IMG/VR virus record: IMGVR_UViG_3300028907_000004
Location: 14,464-78,463 of that record
DNA: 64,000 nt
Reading direction: 5' to 3' (one strand)
DNA from: a virus
Taxonomy: Duplodnaviria > Caudoviricetes
Positions 46,110 through 56,244 of the stretch are shown one piece after another. The translations under genes were made by a program, and so were the position numbers. The first letter of the stretch is position 1. The number at the start of each line of letters is the position of its first letter. A model generated the notes under the pieces. That model was given only the letters and a program-made list of their open reading frames with translations. It did not search any database and was not told the origin of the DNA.

Positions 46110-46941
46110 CTACAGGTTGATCTATGATGACGCAGAAAACGCCCTTTGCTTCAATATGGAGAAGCTGTTTGGAAAGAAGGCCAGCAAACGAATAGACACA
46201 ACCATCAAATCCGACACCGTCCAGAAGTGGAAAAAGAATATGGTGCGCCTTGTTGAAGAGGGCGTTCCATTTCTTTACGTTTTGGACTCTTTTGATTCCC
46301 TGACTTCCGTAGAGGCCCTTGACCGCGCCATCAAAGCTGCGAAGTCTGATGGAGACGAAGGCGGCAGCTACAAGACGGAAAAGCCCCGGATCGGAAGCGA
46401 AACGGCATCCATGATCGTGGAGCCTATTGCGGAAACGGGGTCCATCCTGATTATCGTTTCCCAGACTCGTGATAACATCGGCGTTACCTTCGGGGAGAAA
46501 AAGACCCGTTCCGGCGGTAAGTGGCTTCAGTTCTACTCTACTCATGTTCCCTGGATGGCCATTACAGAAAGGGATCGTCACGAAGTTTCCGTCAACGGAA
46601 AGAAGGTCAAGCGTACCGTTGGCGTTCACACTCGTGTCCGCTGTAAGAAAAACAAGGTCACAGGAAAAGAACGCGAATGCGATATCAAGATTTCCTACGA
46701 CTACGGCATTGATAACATATACTCCAACATCAAGTTCCTCGTAGACTCCGGCACATGGTCCGCCAAGAGCGGATATATTGACCCGGACGGAATCGCTGAC
46801 GAAAAGATGAAAGCCGATGATCTGCGCCAGTATGTGGAAGACAACAACCTTGAAGAAGACCTGGCCGAACTGGTAGAGGAAACCTGGCACAAGATAGAAG
46901 AGGCTTTTGTTTCCAAGGAGAGGAAGCCTAAATATGAATAA
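45883..46941 (+). CDS. recA: RecA/UvsX-family recombinase
   Basis: STGSTLLN, GDSSAGKS, VLDSFDSL, IVSQTRDNIG, SGGKWLQFYS. Confidence 0.93.
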   Translation: MRQKENTSKRNPKNDVSPKNFVSTGSTLLNLVLTDRKEAGFRKGRIVNLVGDSSAGKSFLALTVLAEAAHSPEFDDYRLIYDDAENALCFNMEKLFGKKASKRIDTTIKSDTVQKWKKNMVRLVEEGVPFLYVLDSFDSLTSVEALDRAIKAAKSDGDEGGSYKTEKPRIGSETASMIVEPIAETGSILIIVSQTRDNIGVTFGEKKTRSGGKWLQFYSTHVPWMAITERDRHEVSVNGKKVKRTVGVHTRVRCKKNKVTGKERECDIKISYDYGIDNIYSNIKFLVDSGTWSAKSGYIDPDGIADEKMKADDLRQYVEDNNLEEDLAELVEETWHKIEEAFVSKERKPKYE

Positions 46942-47845
46942 CGGGCTGTTTGATAAAATACTCGTGTTCGACGCGAATGGGGTGGCCTGGACCGAGTTTC
47001 ACGGCATGCCCCAATTCTCTTTTAACAAGATACTCACAGGAGTGGCCTATGGATTCATTCTCCAAATCCTTGCGCTTGCTGGGCACTACAACACAAACCG
47101 CTTCGTGTTCTGTTGGGATTCTCGCAAGTCTTTTAGAAAGGATCGCCACCCGTGGTACAAAGAAAAACGGGCCTATGAAAACAAGACCGAGGAAGAGCAG
47201 GAAAAATATGTTAAGGCCATCGGCCAGTTCCAGAAGATTCGAAAGGAAATGTTACCGGGCCTGGGGTTCAGTCAGAATTATATGATGTCCGGCTATGAGG
47301 GTGATGACCTCATAGCTTCTGTGGTTTTGAATAACCCCGGCGACTTTGTTGTGGTTACCACGGACAACGATATGCTTCAACTTCTGGATCGTTGCGATAT
47401 ATACAATCCCAGGACCAAAACGGAAATCACCAAGAAGTCATTTTGGCGCGAAAACCACCTTACGCCGCAAGATTGGGTCCGGGTCAAGGCGATAGGTGGA
47501 TGCGCGTCTGACTGCGTTCCCGGTGTGCCCGGAGTGGCTGAAAAGACAGCTTCGCAGTATGTTCGAAACGAGCTTTCCCCGAAGTCGAAAAAGTTCCAGA
47601 GCATTGAATCCTTCGAAGGAAAAACGATCATTGAAAGAAACGATTGGCTGGTGCGACTTCCCTTGGAAGATACGCCGCCGATCTACCCCCAGTTCAACGA
47701 AGACTCCTTCGATTACGATAAGTTCTTGGATATGTGCGCTGAATTTGGGTTCCGCTCCTTACTGAAGCCTGATATAAAATCTCTGTGGCGTTCTCTTTTC
47801 TGCGGAGAAGAAGAACGCCCAATGATGGGAGGTATGACGCGATGA
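46934..47845 (+). CDS. 5'-3' exonuclease / flap endonuclease
   Basis: [15 protein letters not shown]...[41 protein letters not shown]. Confidence 0.92.
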   Translation: MNNGLFDKILVFDANGVAWTEFHGMPQFSFNKILTGVAYGFILQILALAGHYNTNRFVFCWDSRKSFRKDRHPWYKEKRAYENKTEEEQEKYVKAIGQFQKIRKEMLPGLGFSQNYMMSGYEGDDLIASVVLNNPGDFVVVTTDNDMLQLLDRCDIYNPRTKTEITKKSFWRENHLTPQDWVRVKAIGGCASDCVPGVPGVAEKTASQYVRNELSPKSKKFQSIESFEGKTIIERNDWLVRLPLEDTPPIYPQFNEDSFDYDKFLDMCAEFGFRSLLKPDIKSLWRSLFCGEEERPMMGGMTR

Positions 47846-48063
47846 ACAACGATACGCCCACTAATAGGTACCATGACTATCTGAAGCAGCTCAAGAAAAA
47901 CGAAAAACTAGCTTCGGCCCTGGAAGCTGCCAAAAACGCCAAAACGCTTAAACGGGCATACGGTAAGACTGGAAGGAATGCGCCGTGTCCTTGTGGCAGC
48001 GGAAAGAAGTACAAACACTGCCATATGAAAGAAGTGGAGAGGAAATATGCTGTTGTCTCTTGA
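47842..48063 (+). CDS. SEC-C motif protein
   Basis: [18 protein letters not shown]. Confidence 0.85.
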   Translation: MNNDTPTNRYHDYLKQLKKNEKLASALEAAKNAKTLKRAYGKTGRNAPCPCGSGKKYKHCHMKEVERKYAVVS

Positions 48064-48718
48064 CCTGGGCTTCGTCAATACCGGCTATGTTGTGGTAAGC
48101 GAAAGGGGCCTGGAAACATACGGCACGATTACCACCTCAAAAACAACCAACAAGCAAGGGCGCGTATCTGACGACAACGTCAACCGCTGCTCCCATATCG
48201 CTACCGAAATCAACAAACTTGTAACCCACTATGGCATCCGGGGAATTATGGGGGAACTTCCTTCTGGCGGCACCCAAAGTAGCTCTGCCGCGAAAGCCAT
48301 GAGCCTAGTGACTGGGTGCGTAGGGGCGTGCGTAGCTATTTTGGACCTACCGTGCGAGTGGTGTACGCCCCTTCAGACCAAGATGGCTCTGTGTGGATCA
48401 AAAACGGCCAGCAAGCAGGATATGATGGAAAAGGCCGTAGAGGTTATGCGGGGAGGGTCCGAAAAGAAGGCAAACGGGGTACAGTACTGGATGCCTTTGG
48501 TGTCCGGAAAGCAAGGCCCCAGAATGTTCGGGTCTACTTTCGAACACGTAGCCGACTCCCTTGGGGCCTTTATGGCTCTTGAAAGCGGACTCCTTGTAAA
48601 ACTTATGAAAGTGATGCCCCTATCCGGAGGACCGAGATCATGCCTTTCAAAAAAACACTCCAAATACTCGACAGAATTGCCGCCACGCCGTCCTCAAAGG
48701 ACAAAGCCAAGATCATAG
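48047..48718 (+). CDS. RuvC-like Holliday junction resolvase
   Basis: [37 protein letters not shown]. Confidence 0.85.
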   Translation: MLLSLDLGFVNTGYVVVSERGLETYGTITTSKTTNKQGRVSDDNVNRCSHIATEINKLVTHYGIRGIMGELPSGGTQSSSAAKAMSLVTGCVGACVAILDLPCEWCTPLQTKMALCGSKTASKQDMMEKAVEVMRGGSEKKANGVQYWMPLVSGKQGPRMFGSTFEHVADSLGAFMALESGLLVKLMKVMPLSGGPRSCLSKKHSKYSTELPPRRPQRTKPRS

Positions 48719-49884
48719 AACACCACGCTACTGATCCTTTTTTCCGTAGCGTGGTTTTGTACGCTTTGAATCCGCATTGGCGTTTCAAGATGACGGAGGT
48801 TCTTCCACCAACTACGGACGAAGACCCATTCGGGCTTGACGTATTCCAGAACCTAGATTGTATGGTGGAAGCCTCCGGCCTTACCAACTCCCAGAAACAA
48901 ATAGCCTCCAACATATTTCACGCCTTCGGAAAGGAAGGTGTCGAAGTCGTAAACCGCATTCTCCAGAAAGACCTCAAATGCGGTGCCGGTCCCAAAACCT
49001 TCCGGAAGTTTATTCCAGAAATCCCACTCCATGAAGTTATGAAGTGCGGATTTATGAGCAACCTCGACAAGTGGTTCAAAAACACCCCGAAAGAAAGACG
49101 CGCCTGGTCGCATAAAATCAACGGCGTCCGTAATTGGGCTATTGTTGAATACAAGGGGGCAACTCCCGTTCACCTTTCCAACGACGGCTTGGAGTATCCC
49201 AACTTTTCTGTATTCAACGAAGCAATACTGGAAATGGTGGAGATGCGACCCAAGAGCGAACGCAACAAATATCCTTGTATTTGGGACGGGGAAGTTATTT
49301 CCACAGACGCGCACTTCAATCAAAGAATTAGTGAAATACGAACCCACAACAACGCCCACCCGGACAAGTTCCGGTTTCTCATATTTGATTACGTCCACCC
49401 AGAGTTTCCGTTGTGGATGCGTGATTTAATAATAGACAGGACTCTGGGAAGGGTTCGCCCCAAGAACATTCAAAAAGTAGACCTCATCGAGTTCGCCCAT
49501 AAAGAGCAAGTTGAGCAAATCTTTAGGGAATACGTGGCTAGTGGTGGAGAGGGCCTTGTTCTCAAAGACCTTGACGGCCTATACGAAATCAAACGGGTAA
49601 ACCACCAAGTTAAGTGGACTCCCGAAGAGTTTGTGGACGTTCGTGTCGTGGAAGTGTTAGAGGGCAAAGGAAAGCTGGCCGGGCACGTAGGACGCTTTGT
49701 AATAGAGTACGAAGGACGGATTTGCGAAGCGGGGCCGGGGAAGGCTACTCACAAGCAATTGAAAGAGTACTGGACAAAGCCGCCCACTATGATTGAGGTA
49801 AAGTATAGGGAAGTGACCCCTGACGGCGCACTTCTTTTTCCAGTCTTTAACAGAAACCGGGAAGACAAAAGGAGCGACATATGA
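48640..49884 (+). CDS. ATP-dependent DNA ligase family protein
   Basis: HKINGVR (motif I variant), WDGEV, FLIFDY, GEGLVLK, OB domain ending LLFPVF. Confidence 0.8.
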   Translation: MPFKKTLQILDRIAATPSSKDKAKIIEHHATDPFFRSVVLYALNPHWRFKMTEVLPPTTDEDPFGLDVFQNLDCMVEASGLTNSQKQIASNIFHAFGKEGVEVVNRILQKDLKCGAGPKTFRKFIPEIPLHEVMKCGFMSNLDKWFKNTPKERRAWSHKINGVRNWAIVEYKGATPVHLSNDGLEYPNFSVFNEAILEMVEMRPKSERNKYPCIWDGEVISTDAHFNQRISEIRTHNNAHPDKFRFLIFDYVHPEFPLWMRDLIIDRTLGRVRPKNIQKVDLIEFAHKEQVEQIFREYVASGGEGLVLKDLDGLYEIKRVNHQVKWTPEEFVDVRVVEVLEGKGKLAGHVGRFVIEYEGRICEAGPGKATHKQLKEYWTKPPTMIEVKYREVTPDGALLFPVFNRNREDKRSDI

Positions 49885-50444
49885 GCGATTTTTCTTTGGT
49901 GGAAATGGCCCTCTACCAGTTCATGAAGATGGACGCCGCGCCGTTGGTAGAGTACCAGGAGCTTTGCGAGCAAGTGTTGCCGCTTCTGGAAAACCAAAAG
50001 GCGGACGCTTCTGGGTGCGTCTACATACCCAAGAATACAATTACCAAAGTTATTACAACCTCCAAGACTTTAGCATATTCCGTACTGACCATCAAATCCA
50101 GCCTAGCCGTTAGTGAGCCGGCATCAGAAGCGGAAACCGTTGCTATATGTAGCCGTTTTGTGCAAGGCCCCGGAGTATTGGACCGGGGAGATGTTGTTTA
50201 CTTTCTTCCCCGGTGCTGCACGTTCCGTGACATCCCTCCTGGCGTTCCTTTCGTAGTTGCTGACCCCCTTCCGGATGTCGAAAACGCCGATCTATCCTTT
50301 CCGGCCATCTACGCCATTGAGCTGGTCTACCTCGACACCTACGGGGCAATTCAGTCCTGTATCGTAGACCGGCGGCGCGTATCCAGGGAAAAACATGCCG
50401 TTTCCCCTCTTGCCGAAGCCCCATCCACTTCGGTGGTGTCCTAA
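49881..50444 (+). CDS. hypothetical protein
   Basis: AAGGAG RBS, ATGA overlap. Confidence 0.6.
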   Translation: MSDFSLVEMALYQFMKMDAAPLVEYQELCEQVLPLLENQKADASGCVYIPKNTITKVITTSKTLAYSVLTIKSSLAVSEPASEAETVAICSRFVQGPGVLDRGDVVYFLPRCCTFRDIPPGVPFVVADPLPDVENADLSFPAIYAIELVYLDTYGAIQSCIVDRRRVSREKHAVSPLAEAPSTSVVS

Positions 50445-50445
50445 T

Positions 50446-50679
50446 ATGGAAGCTGTAAACCCGTGCCCCTTCTGCCGGGCCGAACCGTCAAGGCTTCGTG
50501 TGCGTAGGGTGTTTGGTTGGTTGTGGCCTTTTTCCAAAATAGAATACGCCCTTTATTGTAAAGACTGCCGTTGTTGGGGTCCGGTAGAAGCTACGCCCAC
50601 ACGAGCTTTTTGGGCTTTCGGAGCTATAAGCAAGCCCCTAACAGATAAATCCAGATGGCGCTTGGGGTCGGTAAAATGA
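50446..50679 (+). CDS. Lar-like (restriction alleviation family) zinc-finger protein
   Basis: NPCPFC...YCKDCRCWGP...AFWAF pattern. Confidence 0.55.
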   Translation: MEAVNPCPFCRAEPSRLRVRRVFGWLWPFSKIEYALYCKDCRCWGPVEATPTRAFWAFGAISKPLTDKSRWRLGSVK

Positions 50680-51605
50680 TAAAGAAACTTACCCTGAAGA
50701 ACTTCGAAGTCCACCGAAAGTCGGCCTTGGAATTTGTTCCTGGGGTGAACGTGATAGCTGGGCCTTCAGATCACGGCAAGTCTTCTATCGTCCGCGCCCT
50801 GGGGCTGGTTCTTCTGAATCGGCCCCAGGGCCTTTCCTACGTCCGGAATACGGAAGAGGATACCAAAACAAAGGCCGTAGTTGGCGCAATGTTTGACGAT
50901 TGCGAGATAAGCAGGGTTCGGTCCAAGTCAGATAACTACTACACCTTAAACGGGCAACAATTGAAGGCAATGGGTGCGGCGGTTCCGGACGAAATCGCCC
51001 ATGCCAGCCGAATGAACGAGTTGAACATACAGTTCCAATTCTCCCGCAAAATGCAGCACTACCTCCTTTCCCTGTCTTCCGGGGAAGTTGCGCGGTATCT
51101 GAACGCTTTATTGGAATTGGACATTATTGACGAAACCCTCAAGAAAGTTACCAGCATCGCATCTTCTGCCGATCTGGAATACAAGGCAAGTATCAAAAAA
51201 GCGGATGAGTTGGACGCCGACATAAAAAATATGGAATGGCTTCCCGACGCGCTACACCTTCTGGACGAAGCCGACAAATTAGAATCTGAAATAGCCGCCC
51301 ATTCCGAATTGCTGCAAAGAATCAAAAAGGCCCACGCATCCTACACCAGACTCAGCAAGGCATTGGACAATAAGGTCGCCAAACTTCTTAATCTTCAGAC
51401 AAATTTCGAAGTGGTGCGCGGCCTGGCCAAGAAAATAGAGAAGCTAAAAAAAGAAGCAGTTTCTATAAGAAAACACATCACTTCTGTCCACAAAGCGATG
51501 AAACGAGTTGAAGATTCCAAACAGGAACTTATGGAAGCTGCAGCCGCTTATCAAAAGCTAAACAAAACGATCAAACGCTGTCCTTCCTGTAAGAGGCCAT
51601 TATGA
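50676..51605 (+). CDS. SbcC/Rad50-like ATPase, N-terminal half
   Basis: LKNFEVH, GPSDHGKSS Walker A, coiled coil ending in CPSC hook. Confidence 0.85.
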   Translation: MIKKLTLKNFEVHRKSALEFVPGVNVIAGPSDHGKSSIVRALGLVLLNRPQGLSYVRNTEEDTKTKAVVGAMFDDCEISRVRSKSDNYYTLNGQQLKAMGAAVPDEIAHASRMNELNIQFQFSRKMQHYLLSLSSGEVARYLNALLELDIIDETLKKVTSIASSADLEYKASIKKADELDADIKNMEWLPDALHLLDEADKLESEIAAHSELLQRIKKAHASYTRLSKALDNKVAKLLNLQTNFEVVRGLAKKIEKLKKEAVSIRKHITSVHKAMKRVEDSKQELMEAAAAYQKLNKTIKRCPSCKRPL

Positions 51606-52510
51606 TACTTGGAGCTATGGGCGATTTGCACCACCGCAAAACAAGCCCGAAATTACGAACAGACAATTACCCCGACACCTTGCGGCGTAAATGGGAATGG
51701 GCGTTGAAAGAAGCCAAGAAATGCGGCGTGGAGTATATGTTGCTTCCCGGCGACATTTACGACAGCCACGATGCCCCCTACGCCCTTGTGGTGTATCTTC
51801 TGCGCTCTATGAAAAGGAGCAAGCTGGAGTTCGGCGTTGTTTGGGGCCAGCACGATCAACGCTATCACTCCACGAAAAAGAACAACACGCCGCTGGGGGT
51901 TCTTTCCAATACGGCGGTAGATGCTCTAGGAGCTACGCCCCTTGTTTTCGTAGAGGACGACGATTCAGAGATTCACCTATACGGAATGTCATGGGGAGAA
52001 CCGCTTCCATCCATACAGGACCATAACGCCTACAACATACTGTGTTGTCATAAACACATTTACGCGGTAGCCGAAGGCTGGGAAGGCGAAGATGCTGTGG
52101 AAGCCTTAAAATATCTGAAATCGTCGCCTTTTGATCTGATCGTTTCCGGAGACAATCACAAACAATTTGTTAGAACGCACAAGCAGAAATGGCTGGTGAA
52201 CGCTGGATCGCTAGGCCGATCTAAAGTGGACCAAGTGGACCACTTCCCGGCGTTCTATGTAATAGATACGAAAGAGCGTAAAGTGACGCGGGTGGAAATC
52301 CCGCACGATCCTGTAGATGTTGTATTCAATATGGAAGAATACCAACACCAGAAGGAAAGAAAGAACGAATTGGAACAATTTACGTCCAGCCTCAAGGCCG
52401 GAAAGCGTATTTCTCTCAACTTCAAGAAAAACGTAATGGACGCTCTTGAAGAAAACAAAAAAGCCCTTTCGAAAGACACGAAAGACATTATATTGGAGGT
52501 TATGTCATGA
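51602..52510 (+). CDS. SbcD/Mre11-like metallophosphoesterase nuclease
   Basis: GDLH, PGDIYD, GQHD, HKH, SGDNH, NAGS motifs. Confidence 0.9.
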   Translation: MILGAMGDLHHRKTSPKLRTDNYPDTLRRKWEWALKEAKKCGVEYMLLPGDIYDSHDAPYALVVYLLRSMKRSKLEFGVVWGQHDQRYHSTKKNNTPLGVLSNTAVDALGATPLVFVEDDDSEIHLYGMSWGEPLPSIQDHNAYNILCCHKHIYAVAEGWEGEDAVEALKYLKSSPFDLIVSGDNHKQFVRTHKQKWLVNAGSLGRSKVDQVDHFPAFYVIDTKERKVTRVEIPHDPVDVVFNMEEYQHQKERKNELEQFTSSLKAGKRISLNFKKNVMDALEENKKALSKDTKDIILEVMS

Positions 52511-52761
52511 GCGCCATGGAACAATTAGCCGCTCTGGAGAAACAACTTTCCAAGAAGCAAAGCGCGTATGATCAGGAAGTCGGAGCGTTGGATATGGCCA
52601 AACAGACTCTCCAAGAACTGTACGGAAAGTCCTTCAGAATGGAAGCCGTTGAGAAAGACATCCAGAAGAAAGAGGCCCATATCAAGGAATTGGAAGAAGA
52701 GTTCGAAAAGACGGTCAAGGCCCTGACGACTATGATGGAGGAAAACGACGATGGGCGGTGA
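52507..52761 (+). CDS. short coiled-coil protein
   Basis: heptad pattern, GGAGG RBS. Confidence 0.7.
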   Translation: MSAMEQLAALEKQLSKKQSAYDQEVGALDMAKQTLQELYGKSFRMEAVEKDIQKKEAHIKELEEEFEKTVKALTTMMEENDDGR

Positions 52762-53356
52762 ATTGGAGAGGATTCGAAAACGCCTGTACAAACTAGACGG
52801 AAAACGCAGCGGCCTAGTATCGTTGCGAAAGGCCCAGCGTAAATTGGCACGAGAGGCAAGCAAGCGTAGCCTCGCAGCTAAAGAGGCGCGGGAATTTTTC
52901 TTAAAGGTTGCCCAAGACACACAGGCGAACCTGGAAACCAGACTTTCCAAGATCGTTACTATGGCCTTGTGCGCCGTGTTTGACGATCCGTATGAATTCA
53001 AGGTCAAATATGAAATCAGAAGGGGCACCACCGAATGTGATCTGGTTTTGTACCGCGACGGCTACGAGTATGACCCGTTGGCGTCTTCTGGTGGCGGCGT
53101 TGTTGATATTACCTCCCTGGCGCTTCGTATGGCGGTATGGTCCCTTGCCCCGGATTCCCGGCCCGTAATGATTCTTGATGAACCTTTTCGCAACCTTTCG
53201 GAGAACCACCATGAATTGGCAGCAGAAATGCTACACTCCCTTTCCCAGAAGTTGGGAATACAGATTATTATGGCCTCTCACAACAAAGGTATTATTTCCG
53301 GTGCGGATGCGGTATTTCGTCTTGTAAAAAAGGGTGTAGTGGAAAGACAACAGTGA
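52751..53356 (+). CDS. SbcC/Rad50-like ATPase, C-terminal half
   Basis: LASSGGG signature, MILDEPF Walker B, MASHN H-loop. Confidence 0.88.
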   Translation: MGGELERIRKRLYKLDGKRSGLVSLRKAQRKLAREASKRSLAAKEAREFFLKVAQDTQANLETRLSKIVTMALCAVFDDPYEFKVKYEIRRGTTECDLVLYRDGYEYDPLASSGGGVVDITSLALRMAVWSLAPDSRPVMILDEPFRNLSENHHELAAEMLHSLSQKLGIQIIMASHNKGIISGADAVFRLVKKGVVERQQ

Positions 53357-53366
53357 GGGACTCTCC

Positions 53367-53882
53367 ATGTCCAAAGCCCCGTATGATCTGGAAGGAAAGA
53401 AATTTGGAAGGCTTCTTGTATTGGAGCCGGTAAAAGTAAAAAGCAACAACGGGGGCCGTCACTGGCGTTGTTTGTGCGATTGCGGAAACCACACAATAGT
53501 TAGAACTTCCCACTTGACTTCCGGACATACGGTGAGTTGCGGATGCCGCAAGGAAGAGGTCAAAAAGGAAATAGACAAGGCCCATGAAGCGGTTAGGGCC
53601 AAAGGCCGGAAAAAGAAACAGGTACAACGGAAACGCACCCTGCTTCCCCCCAACCTTATGGAACGCTTGAGGAAAGCGGAAGAGGGGATGGCTGCGTTTC
53701 GTTTGGACAATATAAGGCTAAAGGTTCAGATAAATGAGCTCAAGAAAAAGCTCAACAAAGTGTGTGCTACCCCAACACCACGCTATGGGCCAGAAAGTGA
53801 ATTAGGCGATCCTCACTACTGTCCTGTGGACTATTCAACAGAAGGAGCTATGTATGGAACTAAATGGGATGACTTGTTCTGA
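53367..53882 (+). CDS. HNH/AP2-type homing endonuclease N-terminal domain without nuclease core
   Basis: DLEGKKFGRLLVL...WRCLCDCG...LTSGHTVSCGC then coiled coil; no HNH motif. Confidence 0.7.
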   Translation: MSKAPYDLEGKKFGRLLVLEPVKVKSNNGGRHWRCLCDCGNHTIVRTSHLTSGHTVSCGCRKEEVKKEIDKAHEAVRAKGRKKKQVQRKRTLLPPNLMERLRKAEEGMAAFRLDNIRLKVQINELKKKLNKVCATPTPRYGPESELGDPHYCPVDYSTEGAMYGTKWDDLF

Positions 53883-54600
53883 TCGGCCTTTGATTATTGG
53901 GTTTTCCGGAAAAATCGGGTGTGGGAAAACTACCATTTGTGAGCTACTAGAGAGATTGCTCAACACCCGTCTGGAACTTTCCGTAAAGACACTTTCCTTT
54001 GGAACCGTCCTGAAAAAGAGAGTAGCAAAGACGTTTAATTTTCCCCTGGACTGGTGCTACTCTACCGAAGGGAAAGCCGAATATGTTAAATTCTCCCAGC
54101 CGCATTACGTTCTGGAAGAAGAAATGCATACGTTCAAGGATGCCATCAACTTCAAAAAGCAGGTAAGTATTGTTCCGCACGTAAAGGGGATGAATGTACG
54201 AAATCTGCTACAGTGGTGGGGAACGGAAGTGTGCCGCCGACACGATCCCCACTATTGGGTCAAGGCGTGGAAGGCTGAATTAGGACGTACCGGAGTGGAT
54301 GTTGTTTTGGTAGATGATGTGAGATTCCCCAACGAAGTTTATGCTGTGCGTGGTGGTGATTCCTACGGCGGCGTGTTTCGGGTACTTCCTTATGAAGGCT
54401 GGAACTTCTTTTCTTCTCATGAATCTGAAACGGCTTTGGACTCTTACGACTTTGGCGAATACTGGACTTTGTGTCCGGAAAAGGGTCATAATTTCCTTCA
54501 GCAAATCGCCTGGGACGTATTTGAGGCGGTTCAGTCCGGAGAAATCAAAACCCGAATCGCAAATATGAAACAGTGGGAGGGTATGTATGGCTTTGAATGA
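53854..54600 (+). CDS. deoxynucleoside monophosphate kinase
   Basis: IGFSGKIGCGKTT, RNLLQWWGTEVCR, DDVRFPNE, HESE. Confidence 0.9.
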   Translation: MELNGMTCSDRPLIIGFSGKIGCGKTTICELLERLLNTRLELSVKTLSFGTVLKKRVAKTFNFPLDWCYSTEGKAEYVKFSQPHYVLEEEMHTFKDAINFKKQVSIVPHVKGMNVRNLLQWWGTEVCRRHDPHYWVKAWKAELGRTGVDVVLVDDVRFPNEVYAVRGGDSYGGVFRVLPYEGWNFFSSHESETALDSYDFGEYWTLCPEKGHNFLQQIAWDVFEAVQSGEIKTRIANMKQWEGMYGFE

Positions 54601-55039
54601 TGGTCGCATTTCTTGGCCGGAATACTTTATGAGTATTGCCGTGCTCGTTGCGGAGAGGTCCACCTGCCTTCGTAGAAAGGTGGGTGCTGTGGCGATCCGA
54701 AACAGCAGAATCCTGGCCACCGGGTACAATGGGGCGCCCTCCGGAATCCCCCATTGTATTACTCGTGGGTGCTTACGGGAAGAGCTGGGGATACCCTCCG
54801 GAAAACAGTTAGACATATGTTGGTCCGTCCACGCAGAGCAAAATCTCATAGTCCAGGCAGCACTTCATGGAGTGAGTCTTCATCGAGCCGACGTTTACTG
54901 TACCTGTAAGCCCTGTTTTACCTGCGCAAAAATGCTAGTAAACGTGGGCGTCAAAAGCATCGTCACAGCCCACGTTTACCCTGACGAGAATACAGACAAA
55001 CTTCTTTTGGACGCCAACGTGCGTCTCATCTACGTCTAG
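54587..55039 (+). CDS. dCMP deaminase
   Basis: RSTCLRRKVGA, TGYNG, VHAEQN, PCFTC. Confidence 0.95.
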   Translation: MALNDGRISWPEYFMSIAVLVAERSTCLRRKVGAVAIRNSRILATGYNGAPSGIPHCITRGCLREELGIPSGKQLDICWSVHAEQNLIVQAALHGVSLHRADVYCTCKPCFTCAKMLVNVGVKSIVTAHVYPDENTDKLLLDANVRLIYV

Positions 55040-55047
55040 GAGGCGAT

Positions 55048-55728
55048 ATGATTCTTGCACTTCCACAAGCACGCCTAGTGCTTCCTGCCGACCATGAGAC
55101 TTTAGTGGAGGTTTGCGCTACTGGCGCAGCCCTTTGCTATCGAAAGGATATTGACGACATGTCTTTTCCGGAGCTTGCCGACTTTCTGGAAAAACGCATT
55201 AAGATTGGCCACGAGTCGGTTATTGAACACGCCTCCTTTTCGGCGTTACTTTTGACCAACCGGGGCGTGACCCACGAACTGGTACGACACCGTATTGGAG
55301 TCGTCTTTACCCAGGAATCTACGCGATTCACTAACTACGAAAAGAAGGACGGCCATATCACCTTTATCATTCCCCCGCAACTTCGCGGAGAAGTAAGCCC
55401 TGGTGTGTGTACTACGGATGATGCCGAAAATTTACGACTCGAAGACGACATTGACGACGAGGCCGCAGATTGGGTGTATGACATGGCCCTGGCAGAACAT
55501 TCTTATTTTCGAGCCTTGGGACGTGGGTGGGCCCCGGAAGAGGCGCGTTGCTACCTCAACAATGCTACCGCTACCCGGATTCTGGTCACAGCCAATATGC
55601 GCGAATGGCGTCATATCTTCAACCTTCGTTTCCACGGCACAACAGGACGGCCTCACCCGGAAATCAAGGAAGTTATCGGAATGGTTCATGAAGACGCCGC
55701 AACCCGCTATCCCACCTTTTTTGCATAA
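55048..55728 (+). CDS. thyX: FAD-dependent thymidylate synthase
   Basis: GHESVIEH, THELVRHR..FTQESTR, ANMREWRHIFNLR, HPEI. Confidence 0.92.
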   Translation: MILALPQARLVLPADHETLVEVCATGAALCYRKDIDDMSFPELADFLEKRIKIGHESVIEHASFSALLLTNRGVTHELVRHRIGVVFTQESTRFTNYEKKDGHITFIIPPQLRGEVSPGVCTTDDAENLRLEDDIDDEAADWVYDMALAEHSYFRALGRGWAPEEARCYLNNATATRILVTANMREWRHIFNLRFHGTTGRPHPEIKEVIGMVHEDAATRYPTFFA

Positions 55729-55738
55729 GGAGAACACC

Positions 55739-56089
55739 ATGCCTATTGGAGAAATGACCTTCAATGAGTATCAGGAACTGGCCGCTGGAACGGCCATCTA
55801 TCCCAATCGGGGCGAAATCGGGGGCCTGACATACACCGTCTTGGGGCTGAACGGCGAAGCCGGAGAAATCGCAGAAAAACTCAAGAAGGTAATACGCGAC
55901 ACAGACGGCGTGATTGACGAACGCAAAACCTACGAACTGGCAAAGGAACTTGGGGACGTTCTTTGGTACGTCGCAGAAACGGCCTCCCAGCTTAACCTGT
56001 CCCTGGGCCAAATCGCTGAAATCAACGTCGAAAAACTCTACAGCCGGAAAGATCGGGGCCAGCTTCAGGGAAGCGGTGACGAGCGGTAG
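55739..56089 (+). CDS. MazG-like nucleotide pyrophosphohydrolase
   Basis: FNEYQ, LGLNGEAGEIAEKLKK, ELGDVLWY. Confidence 0.92.
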   Translation: MPIGEMTFNEYQELAAGTAIYPNRGEIGGLTYTVLGLNGEAGEIAEKLKKVIRDTDGVIDERKTYELAKELGDVLWYVAETASQLNLSLGQIAEINVEKLYSRKDRGQLQGSGDER

Positions 56090-56169
56090 TGGGCATATGA
56101 TGCGTCGAAACGTTCCGAACAGCCCGACGCCCAACCTTACCCCCTACCGTTAAAATCATCTGGAATTTC

Positions 56170-56222
56170 GGCAAAACAAATGCCGGGTAAGCGCAAGGAG
56201 AGAAACGCTTACCCGGCATTTG
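56170..56222 (-). terminator. intrinsic terminator between convergent modules
   Basis: 17-bp stem CAAATGCCGGGTAAGCG/CGCTTACCCGGCATTTG, U-tract on minus strand. Confidence 0.8.
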
Positions 56223-56244
56223 CCGTTCCGGAGGGTGCCGGAAA

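Noticed and set aside
53854-56089. 5-hmU (SPO1/M6-type) base replacement pathway
   Set aside because: The thymidylate enzyme is ThyX, not a ThyA-like hydroxymethylase, and no 5-hmU DNA kinase or aGPT-type transferase is recognisable in the window
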